DNA of 64,000 bases. It comes from Guillardia theta CCMP2712. Taxonomy: Eukaryota > Protista > Cryptophyta. Below, piece after piece: positions 22,263 to 32,980 of the stretch (its first letter is position 1; each line of letters starts with the position of its first letter). The DNA lies in contig NW_005434647.1 in NCBI RefSeq assembly GCF_000315625.1, forward strand, positions 480,936 through 544,935. The letters are read 5' to 3'. Position numbers and translations under genes: made by a program. The notes beneath the pieces were generated by a model. The model did not search any database. It was not told the origin of the DNA and worked only from the letters and a program-made list of their open reading frames with translations.

Positions 22263-24106
22263 ATGTCGTCATTTGGTACTTTCTTCCGCGTCACAACCTT
22301 CGGCGAGAGCCACTGCGCTGGTGATGCTCACTGGAAGAGAGGAAGCAGGAGGAGGTTCACTCATTAGATGTGCAGGTGTCGGGTGTATCGTCGATGGCGT
22401 CCCTCCTCGCATGCAGCTCTCCGAAGCCGATGTCCAAGTCCAGCTGAGCAGGAGGAGGCCAGGACAGGCAGGAGCAGGAAGCATCAGCACCGGAAGAAAC
22501 GAGGAGGATGCGGTTCAGATCCTCTCAGGTAGCGGCAGAAGGACATGTTTTAATGGCGTTGACGAATCCGGTACAGGAACCGAGAAAGGCTTCACTCTGG
22601 GGACGCCGATCGGCATGTTTGTGAGGAACAAGGACATGCGACCGCACGACTATGGGGAGATGAGCCAGGTCCTCCTCCTCCTCGTTCCGCTGCCCCGTCC
22701 TTCTCGTGACACCAGCGGCAGATTCCTCGTCCCTCGCACGCAGACTTCACCTACCAGATGAAGTACGGCTTCCGTGCTGCGAGTGGAGGAGGACGCTCGA
22801 GCGCTCGTGAGACCATTGGGCGAGTAGCAGCAGGAGCGATCGCAGAGAAGTTCCTCAAGGAGCGCTATGGCGTCGAGATCGTCTCCTGGGTGAGCGGAGT
22901 AGGAGACATCTTCCTCCCCGACGACAAGGTGGACCTCGCCAACATCTCTAGGGAGCAGGTGAAGCGCAGGGAGCGCGAGCAGGAGCGAGTTGATTCCCTG
23001 GCAGGTCGACCAGCACATGGTCCGCTGCCCTTGCCTGGAGACTGCGGAGAAGATGACAGAGTGCATCAAGGTGCTGGGGAGCTGCTGGGGAGGCTGTGGG
23101 GCTGACAGACGTGCAGGCGGCGCGAGCTGATGAGGATTCAGTCGGGGGAGTTGTGAGCTGCGTTATCCGCAACGTGCCGATCGGACTGGGCGAGCCTTGC
23201 TTCGACAAACTCGAGGTCAGCCGGTGCTGCTGCCCACCTGCGTTGCTGACTGGCCTCAGGCGGTTCTTGCGCACGCGATGATGTCCATCCCCGCGACCAA
23301 GGGGTTTGAGATCGGAAGCGGGTTCGCAGGAGCGAGGATGCGAGGCTCGCAGCACAATGACATGTTCTCCATCGACGGTAGCAAGGGAGAGAAGGGAGGG
23401 AGGGAGGGAGAGATGGGATGGGAGAGATCAGAGGCAGGGATGGGAGGGAGGAAGAGGAGTGAGGGCAATTGACGCATCAAGGGGAGTAGTGTCTGAAATC
23501 TGGTCGCAGCGCAAGGCAAGATGGTGACGGAGACGAACTACTCTGGAGGGATCCAGGGAGGGATCAGCAACGGCATGCCTATCGTCTTCCGGATGGCGTT
23601 CAAGCCGCCGGCGACCATCGGCAAGGCTCAGAACACAGCTGACTTCACTGGATCTTCCACTGTGTTGGAGGCCAAGGGACGCCACGACCCCTGTGTGGTT
23701 CCCCGCGCGATCCCCATCGTGGAGACGATGGCGGCGCTAGTGATTGCGGACATGTGCCTGATGCAGGAGGCTAGAGTGAGCTCCGCAGCTCGGCTTCCAG
23801 CTGAAGTGAGCCCCTACTTCTGCGACCCCTCCATGAGCGGCGACGTCTCGTACAACGGGACCTTCAGTGGGTGGCCGAACTTGAGCGGAGAGAGTCGCAA
23901 GGTGAGAGCGAGGGAGAGAGGAGGATTGAGGGGGAAGGGTAAGGGAAAGGTTGGAGCGAGGTGGTAAAGGGAGGGAGGAGGGAGAGGGAGGAAGGGACTG
24001 AAGGCATTGCTGACTTGATGGACAGTCTGAGCTGACGAAGCGAAAGAATGAGCTGGAGGAGAAATTGAAGCAGCTGAACTTGCAGCTGGATGAGGCGGAC
24101 AAGTGA
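22263..24106 (+). CDS. aroC: Chorismate synthase (multi-exon)
   Basis: [19 protein letters not shown]|[89 protein letters not shown] and [11 protein letters not shown]. Confidence 0.97.
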
Positions 24107-24202
24107 GACTCCAGCAGCTGGAGAGCTGAGGTTGAAACTTTTAGAATGAACGTGACGAGCAACGTCAAGGTGTGTGAGCCCAGAGGAAGCTGGAGAGGAA
24201 CT

Positions 24203-26773
24203 TTACAGGTCCTCTTCCGAGACCCCCTGGGCCTCTTCCTCCCGTCTCTTGTCCTGCCTCATGCTTGACCTCGTGAGATCTTCGTACTCCTGCTTCACAT
24301 TCCACGACCTCCCAGGGAAGTCGGTCACTCTTCTCGACTCGTTGAGCACCCGCGCCTTCGCCATGGCCACGTCATCTGCGAGCTGCCATGACTGCTGGGA
24401 CTTGCCAGGGGCTGCTGCACCAGGCTGAAGGATGCCGGGCGATGGCACGAAAGGAGTAGCTTGAGGCTGCGGCGTCTGCGGGAGAGGGACGTTGGGGACC
24501 GGGTTAGTCCGCCCATCGGCCACGGGGTACTGCGCCATGGGGTACTGCAAGCGGTGGCGCTGGGTGAGCTGGTGGATCCTCTGCTTGTCGATGAGGCGAC
24601 GGACGAAGCGAAGGTTCTTGTCGCTGGCGGTGTGGGAGGGAGCGAGGGAGATGGCCTGCAGAAGGATCTCCTCGGCCTTCCTCAGGAGCCCGTTGCTGCA
24701 GTGAACTACCGCCAAGTTGCTCATGGTGTCCACACTGTGAGGCTGCAGGGTGAGGGCTCGCCCCAGCATCTCCTCTGCCTCAGTGTCGTTGCCCCACACT
24801 TGCGCGAGAAAGAAGCCGTAGCTTGTCAGGCTGGCCACGTGGTTGGGCTCAAGGCTGACTGCGAGCTTGAAGTTCTTCTCGGCTTCTTGGCACAAGCCTT
24901 CGCACGTCTGCTTCACCTGATGGTACGTCTCCTTGGTGATGTTGGCATGCTCTCTCAGCGCCTTGTGGTGCAGCACCAGCCCCAGGTTGTTCAGAACACC
25001 AGGGTTTTGAGGCTCCAGCGCCAGCGCCTTCCTGTAGTATTCCTCTGCCTCCTCAGTGTCGTTCCGATACAGCCACTGGATGTTTCCCAGGTGCATCAGG
25101 GCCTTCACGTGGACCGGGTCGAGCTGGAGGGTTCGGAGGTACATCACCTCTGCTCCCACCAGATCGCTCCTCACGTTCTCCAGAAAACACGCAAACTCGA
25201 ACTGAAACTCCGGGAGGAAGGGGAAGCCGTCGGCTGCGCGGTTGTAGTACTTCTCTGCCATCCTCGCGTCCTTCCTCCGCTCGAGGAAGATCCTGGCAAG
25301 GGCGTTGGTAGCATGCGAGTTCTCAGGGTCGGCGGTAACGGCTCTCCCAAAGAGGTTCTCCGCTGTCTCCCAGTCCTCGTCCTGCATCTTCACACCCAGC
25401 TCGTACAGGGCTGAGCTGTGCGAGGGATCGACACTGATGGCGGCGACGAAGTAGTTCTTCGACGTGTTGCTGTCATTCTTGCAGTCCTGCACAAACTTTC
25501 CGTACTCGTAGAGGATTTCCGCGTTGTTGGGGTTGGCTCGAAGTGAAGTGACATAGACGGCCTCTGCTTCCTCCAAATTCCCGTCCATGACGTAGGTCTC
25601 CGCGGCCCCCTTGAGATACTTGCTGCACTCGGGCTCACGGATCATCAGCCTCTTCAAGATCTTGAGGGCAGAAGCGCTGTCATCCCTCCTGTCTCTCAGG
25701 AAGATGGCGTAGTCGAACAGGCAGCCGTTGTCTCCGGGAGCGAGCTGCAATGCGCGTCGGTAGAGAATATTGGCTCCTCCATAGTCTTGTTTCGCATCCT
25801 CCAGGAACCTCGCGAAGCAGATGGCCGCCTCTCTGTTGTTCGGGTTGGACTGCACGGCTCGTGAATACACTTCCTGTGCACCATTGATATCCTTCTTGAC
25901 GAAGCACAAGGCGCTGCCGTAGCCCATGAGCGCTTCAGGGTCTGCAGGAGCAAGGTTCACCGCACGGGAGAAGCAGTCAACGCAGGCCTCGTCCCTTCTC
26001 TCCACCAGACTCTCGTCGTATGCTCCATACACATTCGTCTCCGACCGTCGCTGCACATTCAACCAGCCCAACCGCTTCCAGGCCTCCGGTCTGTCCGGCT
26101 CAGACTCGGTGGCACGGTCGAGAAATTCTTCAGCCACGACGACGTTGTGCCGGATGTCCTCGTAGATCACCGCAAGCTGCAGGAGCGAGGTGTAGTCAGT
26201 GGGGTCAACGGTCAGCAGCTTGTGATACGACTCGATGGCTTCATCGACGTCGCCATCCTTGAGACATTCGTTTGCGAACTGCATAATGTTGTCGAGGGTG
26301 AGAACTTCGGGCAGCTGCCTCCTCCTCTTGAAGGTCAACCTCTGATATTCCTCCTCTTCCTCCTCATCCTCATCGCGGGTGATCAGAGCGAGTTGGGTTG
26401 CTTGTTCTCGTTCTTTCCTCTTCCTTTCCTGGATCTCTTGCATCTTTCGCTCCTGCTCAGCCACCTGTGCTCGCTCCTCTCTCATCTTCGCTTCGATCTC
26501 TGCTCGAAGATCCGAACCTCCTCTCACATGCTCAAGATACTTGAGACACTCAGCAGAAGACCTCGAGGTCTTGAGGCAAATCCTAGCCTTGCGTAAAGTG
26601 ACAACAACACCTGCTCTCCATGCTCGATAGGACTCAAGATCGGGATGGGAGCTGATCCGATTCCAAGTAGAGCAGAACTCCTTTGGCACCGCATGTGCAT
26701 CGCTCACATGACCATGACCTGACCCCTCGATGCACAGACACGACATTGCCAGCACATAGTACAACACCTTCAT
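24203..26773 (-). CDS. Multi-TPR protein with N-terminal signal peptide; intronless
   Basis: 856-aa ORF with hydrophobic N-terminus MKVLYYVLAMSCLCIEG, a coiled-coil region and many TPR units (e.g. AEEYYRKALALEPQNPGVLNNLG). Confidence 0.85.
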   Translation of the reverse strand: MKVLYYVLAMSCLCIEGSGHGHVSDAHAVPKEFCSTWNRISSHPDLESYRAWRAGVVVTLRKARICLKTSRSSAECLKYLEHVRGGSDLRAEIEAKMREERAQVAEQERKMQEIQERKRKEREQATQLALITRDEDEEEEEEYQRLTFKRRRQLPEVLTLDNIMQFANECLKDGDVDEAIESYHKLLTVDPTDYTSLLQLAVIYEDIRHNVVVAEEFLDRATESEPDRPEAWKRLGWLNVQRRSETNVYGAYDESLVERRDEACVDCFSRAVNLAPADPEALMGYGSALCFVKKDINGAQEVYSRAVQSNPNNREAAICFARFLEDAKQDYGGANILYRRALQLAPGDNGCLFDYAIFLRDRRDDSASALKILKRLMIREPECSKYLKGAAETYVMDGNLEEAEAVYVTSLRANPNNAEILYEYGKFVQDCKNDSNTSKNYFVAAISVDPSHSSALYELGVKMQDEDWETAENLFGRAVTADPENSHATNALARIFLERRKDARMAEKYYNRAADGFPFLPEFQFEFACFLENVRSDLVGAEVMYLRTLQLDPVHVKALMHLGNIQWLYRNDTEEAEEYYRKALALEPQNPGVLNNLGLVLHHKALREHANITKETYHQVKQTCEGLCQEAEKNFKLAVSLEPNHVASLTSYGFFLAQVWGNDTEAEEMLGRALTLQPHSVDTMSNLAVVHCSNGLLRKAEEILLQAISLAPSHTASDKNLRFVRRLIDKQRIHQLTQRHRLQYPMAQYPVADGRTNPVPNVPLPQTPQPQATPFVPSPGILQPGAAAPGKSQQSWQLADDVAMAKARVLNESRRVTDFPGRSWNVKQEYEDLTRSSMRQDKRREEEAQGVSEEDL

Positions 26774-27519
26774 CCCTCGTGCTCAGAGGCTGGCCAGAAA
26801 CGTTCACCCCGCTAAGGGTTCACAAGCGCCTCAGCATGAGCGCTGAAGCCGAGTCTGTGCCTCCCTGCTTCTCCTTCATGTTTTCAACTCTCCCATGTTT
26901 CTGATGTCCTCTCTGTCGCTCATTGCAACATCATATCCTGATCCCCTTCCCTTGTATTTCACTTCGCTTTCCCTCTTGCCTCCTTCTAAGGGATCCCTCC
27001 TATGCTGCAGATTGTCCTTGCATCACTCCCTCTCCCTTCTTCTCCCTTCCTCTCCCTTCTTCTCCCTTCCTCTCCTTATCTTCGCCTCGGTTGTCATTGC
27101 ATTGAGTCCCATGCCCCCAAAACCACCCACCCCCCTAGCCTACCCCCTCACCTCATTGATGTCTCGTCACCCCTATGTTTGATAGAATTTAAGTGGGTAG
27201 GGGTGTGGAGACTGTGGATGGAATCGAAGGATCGATGCAGGCGCAATGGGCGAGGAGAGCGAGCAATGGCGAGGGCGAGGGCGGGAGAGAGGAGGAGGGA
27301 TCGAGGAAGGGAAGTAGATATGAAGAGGGGATCCAACATAAGGAGCTGTTGAGCATGGTGGAGAGTGTGAAGGTCAAGAATAGAAGAGCAGCGAAATTGA
27401 GCAGGATAGGTGAAGGTACAAGAATGTAATCGACATGTTGGAGCTCGTGGCATCGGAGAGTTGCAAAGTTGCTTCAAGCCATGTGATACTTCTCACTCGT
27501 CAATTCTTAGGTACATCGC

Positions 27520-28301
27520 ATGCAGTTCGCTCCTCCGCCTGCTTCACAGACGCCATTGGTCGCCAACGCGTTCGGATATCTAGTTCCAGGCAGACCGCCA
27601 CAGTACAGCGACAGCTTTCAACAAATCGAACCTGCGAAATGGAGCATCGACATCGACAACAGCCAGCAGATCAGGTGTTGTGAAGATGTGATCATCGCTG
27701 GAAGCTCACTCGGATGGCAGGGACGTGGTGGTCTTCTTGACTCAACCTCTGACGGTCGCGGGGATGGGGTTGAGCTGCTACATCACGGGGCCTCCTTTCG
27801 AGAAATGGCATTTCATTGGCGCTCTTACCAACGAGTGTCCAAGTGGAGTGTTTCGCGTGAGATGGCCGCCAGACGAGGGAGCTCCGACAGCAGCAAGGTA
27901 CGACACGGAGGTCGTTGGATCATCGTTTGTTGCTCTGACTGTCACCTGTCACGCTCGCAGACTAGGGGTCTCCATCGAGAGCTTGGATTTGATAGCACAA
28001 CAGCAGGCGTCTCTTCCTGGAACTGAACTTGTAGATTTTGGCAAATCGGTCTGATGAATGCATGCATGAAGGTGCTCGAGCTCTCCTCACGTGTTTCTCA
28101 GGTGGCGAAGGATCTTTGGAACTATCTTACGAGCTTTGAGATCATGCACCAGCAAGGGCAATTTCTCCTGCAGTACTTCGATGCCTGGATGAAGCGCTTC
28201 GAGGAGAAGTGCGCGACCTTGCGGAGCATCTCGACCTTGACCTGACTTTTGCCTTCAGGTGCAAACGAGATCCTTTCTGGTGGCTCAACCGCGTTGACTG
28301 A
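27520..28301 (+). CDS. HIKESHI: Hikeshi/OPI10 (Hsp70 nuclear import carrier) homolog
   Basis: Spliced protein AFGYLVPGRPP..|DVVVFLTQPL..WHFIGALTNECPSGVFRV..LGVSIESL..VAKDLWNYLTSF..FDAWMKRFEEKC|KRDPFWW; stop at 28299-28301. Confidence 0.9.
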
Positions 28302-28455
28302 TTGTGGAGATTTCATTTGGGAGAGAAGCTGCGAAGGAGAGGGAACAAGAGAGGGTAACTTGCTCTCACTAGCCAGAGCTAGCCGAGCGAGAATCGTGCT
28401 TGTCAAAGGGTGGCAATCAGACTTGGAATGGGCGTACCTTGTTGAATGTAATCAT

Positions 28456-30004
28456 CTACACTAGCTGCAGCACAAACTCGAGCCCAAGGTGGTCACTTAC
28501 TACCGTACCATCTTGACATCTCAGATCGACAACCTGAACGCAGACAGATATGTCAGTCTTAGTGCGAATGAATGTACAGGACCTCCCACCTTTGCGTCTA
28601 CCAGGTCCACACCAGACACAAAAGCGTGATCTATCGCGCTCGCAGCCTTCACCTTCCTCCTGTCTCCTTGTCAAGCCCACCATCAGAGAGGGAGCTTGCA
28701 GGCACACACACCATCCCAGCAGCTTGCGTGTTGCTCGTCGAGTCGCCTTCGACTCGCCACCGCTGAGCGACGGGCCATAGATGTCGATGAGCGGCATGAA
28801 GATCTTTTGGAGGTCTGCATAGCCCTCCCCGTGGTCCTGCGTGTCGCCCAGAAGCTCAGACATGGAACAGGGTCAAGACAAGGACCTGAGTCTTGCGGCT
28901 GCAGACGTTGAAGTCGCCGGCAATCACGACCGCAGGATCTTTGCTTTCTTCGCTGCGGTAAAGTCTATCCAACACCTGCTCTTTGATTTGGAAAGCCTGG
29001 CGACGAAGTGAACATTCGTTGCAGCGTGATAGGCAGCACCTGAGAGGTCGTAAGCCGCATTTTCTTAGACTTGGAATCCATGTGAGTGTTGACAATGGTC
29101 AAGATTCTGTCATTGGACAGCTTCACATCCGTTCTGACGAACCCCTTGACGCAAATCCTTTCCGCTGTTTTCAGGAAGGTTTGTGAATCTGTTTTCCCCA
29201 CGACGTCGACTCTGGAGAAGGTGCACAAACCGCTGTTCTGACCGCAGAAAGGAAGAGATGATCGAGGATCTGCTCCCAGAGTGTATCCCATCATTCGCAT
29301 CCGAGCGACAAAATACTCGAGGTTTCGTGTAATGGCGAAAGGGCCAACCCTCAAGAGGAAAAGTTCCTGAACCATGACGACATCGTATGCGTTCTGAGCA
29401 ATGGCATTGAGAAGACAGTCGAGCCTCCTCTTTGCAGAAGGAGCATACCATTGCTGTAAGTAGTGACACCAGACATTGTGGCTCAGGAATTTGACCTGGT
29501 TTGTGGCCAACCACGATGGTTCGAACATCTCCTCTTCTTTCTTCCCCACATCGATATAATCGTACAAGGGGAGTTTGATCTGGGTGGAATTCTTGAAGCC
29601 TACATACCGAATGTCCAAGAGCTTTGCCAGGATGACCTGAAGAAACTTGAAACAAGCTCAATCAGTGTCAAGGTGCTCCCTACCGGTACCAGGCCCACCA
29701 CCACGAAGAGGCCTTTGTCAATGAAGAAGGAGCCGTCCAACGAGAGAGGGACGCCACCTGAGGAGATAGAGGTCAAACAATGAGCCAACAGCAAGAGAAA
29801 GTTTGACCATGGGAAGGAAGTTCCTGAGCTCCCGCCGACTGCGACATGCCAGGCGTCTGCTCTGCTCAAGAGGGATAGTAGTGGATTCAGGATAGCAGGG
29901 GGAGAAGAGAGCAGGTCGGGAGAAGAGAGCGCGGCAACGAGAGAGGAGGAGCCGATGATGATACAAGGGCTATCAGGAGCAGGAGAGCAATCTGCTTCTT
30001 GCAT
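28456..30004 (-). CDS. Endonuclease/exonuclease/phosphatase (EEP) family protein, neutral sphingomyelinase-like
   Basis: KFLSHNV, YDVVMVQELF, NSGLCTFSR, KGF, IVNTHMDS, VVIAGDFNV and VSDHLG motifs. The N-terminal exon structure near 29600 is uncertain. Confidence 0.8.
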
Positions 30005-31056
30005 CGTGTCTTGCTGCCATGAGCGAGAAGCGCCTAGTCGCTCTGCCCGACATTGCGTAAACCCTGGAGGTGGGGGCCAAGGTGGTACCTCAAGGGTGGT
30101 ATATACTTGGAAAGTGGGTGGGGGTTCAATAAAGGTTGAAGATGATATCATACAGCGATTATTTATATAGTGTTGTAATAGTAAAACAGAGGCAAGTAGG
30201 GAAGTAGTCATCCAAAGAAGAGAATTGATTTTGAAAATCGAGCAGGGTGGGTAGTAAGAGGTGGGTAGGAATCGCGCAGGGCAGCAACAAGAGATAGAGG
30301 CACAGGGTAATCGTGAGTTAGGAAAAGAGTGGGGTGGGGTAGTGAAGGAAGTTGAAGAAAGTAAGGGGGTGGGGTGGTCCAGGCTGGGAAGGGCATGCAG
30401 AAGAGGAGCGGCGCAGGGAGGGAGGGAGGGAGGGAGGGAGGGAGGGAAGAGGGGGCTGCGAAATTGTTGAAAAGTTTCGGAGGAGAGGTTGATATCTACC
30501 CAAGGAAGAAGATGAAGATGAAGAGAGAAATGCAATGAGGAAAGAGAATATGAGGAAAGGAATCAGCTGCAGGTGCCAGAACCAGGAGCTGGGAAAGGGA
30601 ACATATTGAGATGTGGTAGGGGCAATCAGGAGGAGATCAAGAAACGTATCGGCTAGTAGAAAAATCGAGAGATTAACTAGAGAATGTCGGACGAGAGGTG
30701 CAGAAATTTCCTGCATGACGGCAGTGCCTGAACAGTGCAAATGTAAGCGCTTCAAACCACCTCGGTGGTAACGTGTCTCTCACTTAGGTAACGCGCGGAC
30801 CGCGGACAGTGGCATTATCAGTAATACTTGCGCGATCGTTTGGTGCTGTGGGCGGGTCAGCTCGTATCTGCCTGGTCCTTGTCCTCGTAGGTAAATCCTA
30901 ATATTCCTCTCTGCCACCAGGAACTTGTCTGACCCCCTGCATGAATCTCAAGGTGTTGTTGGCGGTGCTGAAACAAGAGGCAGAGCAAGTGCAGTCTTCT
31001 CCAAACGTTCGAACCCGCCATTGAGACAAGGAGGATTTGCCGCCACACAGCCAGCG

Positions 31057-32676
31057 ATGCAAGTTCCCATTGTCTCCAACGGGGGACAGGACGGGCCGGG
31101 AGATCAAGTTCAGGATAAGGAGAAGCTGTTCCAGTTGGTTGCTGATCTGTCGAGGGAGGAGACGAGGGAAGCGGTTTGTTTCAGCATGAGGGTACGGGGT
31201 GAAGATTCTGATCCCATCCTCAGGCGCTGCTAGAGCTCTCCAAGAAGAGAGAAGCTTTCCCTGACCTTGCTCCCATTCTCTGGCATTCTTTCGGTAGGAA
31301 CCCCACACCTGCTGTGCTGGTCTCACGTGCTGGGCAGGAACGACAGCGACTCTGCTGCAGGAGATCGTCTGCATCTACCCCTTGCTCACCCCTCCCCAAC
31401 TTACCGCACATGCTTCGAACCGAGTCTGTAACGCTCTCGCCCTGCTTCAGGTCGTTCCCTCCATGACGGGGCTGGAGACGAGTTGACCTGTCTTTCAGTG
31501 TGTGGCATCACACCAAGAGACGCGGACTCTCTTCCTGAAAGCTCACATCCCGCTCTTCTTGTACCCCTTCCTCAACACGGTCTCCAAGACTCGCCCGTTC
31601 GAGTACCTCAGGCTGACGAGGTTGGCGAGGGCGGAGGTTCGACGAGACCGGAGGGTGACTGATGGGACGCAGTCTCGGGGTGATCGGAGCGCTGGTGAAG
31701 ATGGACGACTCCGATGTGATCAACTTCTTGCTGACGACTGAGATCATTCCGCTCTGCCTTCGCATCATGGAGGTGAGAGGAGGGGGTTAGCTTCTTCTGC
31801 TCCATCGGCCTCACTCTCGCTCAGACGGGCAGTGAGCTCTCTAAGACGGTTGCAACTTTCATCGTGCAGAAGATTCTTCTCGACGACATGGGGCTGCAGT
31901 ACATTTGTGCTACTGCTGAGGTATTGCTTCCTCCCTCTCCCTTCTTCACCTTGCGTCCCTCCCCTCCTTTGGGCAAACAAGTTGATTTCAATTCTTTCCA
32001 TTCGTAATGCTCCGTCCATCCTCTTTCTCGTTTCCCCTTGCTTGTGTTGCGTAACATTCTCTCAGCGTTTCTTCGCCGTTGCAAACGTGCTGTCGAGCAT
32101 GGTGAACGGGCTCACCAAGGATCCTTCTGTTCGCCTCCTCAAGCACATCATCCGATGCTACTTGAGGTTGCGACTTGACTTCTCCCATCAGAGCTGAGAA
32201 AACTTGTCAGACTTTCAGAGAACATGAGGGCACGAGACGCGCTGCGCACATGCCTGCCAGGTTTGACATGGGGGGACGTGAGCGTGAGAGTCATTGCGCT
32301 ATGCCAGAGCAACTCAAAGATCCAGCCTTCACCAACTGCCTTCGCGACGACAACAGCACGCGCCGGTGACCTGCTCTCACACTCTCATGATATGACGTCT
32401 CCCTCTCCTTTTGCTTCTCCCTCCCTGTCTCTTCCTTTACTCCCCATCAACCTGTCCATTCATTTTTTTTTGCCCCCCCCCCCCCCACACACTCTCCCCC
32501 CTTTTCCTCCTCCTCCTCCTCCTCCTCCTCCTCCTCCTCCTCCTCCTCCTCCTCCTCCTCCTTTCCCCCAACTCTATTGTTTTTACTCTTCGATCTGACC
32601 CCTTGGCAGTTGGTTGTCGCAGCTTCTCTTCACGGTGGGCAATCCAAACACTCATGAGGCTCAGGTTGAGTTGTGA
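31057..32676 (+). CDS. CNOT9: CCR4-NOT subunit 9 (Rcd1/Caf40)
   Basis: [95 protein letters not shown] and [16 protein letters not shown]. Confidence 0.97.
32506..32561. repeat. (CCT)n microsatellite in the last CNOT9 intron
   Basis: Pure CCT run. Confidence 0.95.
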
Positions 32677-32980
32677 TGCCAAGATTCGAGGAAATGAAGA
32701 GTTTGCTGCAGATGCAAGCTCCAACGCTGTCACATCAGTAGCACTGCGCAGCAGATGCTTCAAATTTGCATGCTGAAGTGAAGGAATTGCTTGTCGATTC
32801 AGACAAATAAAACCTCATCATGTCAAATGCTTGTTCAACGAATTTCATTTATATCTATTTCAGCATTGGTAACCAAAGGAAATGTACAAGCGAGCTCAAG
32901 CAAATGTACAAACAACATTATTAGCAGTCAGCGTCATTTCTCAGTGTCTTCATCATGTAAGAAAGAAACTGCCATAAGCG

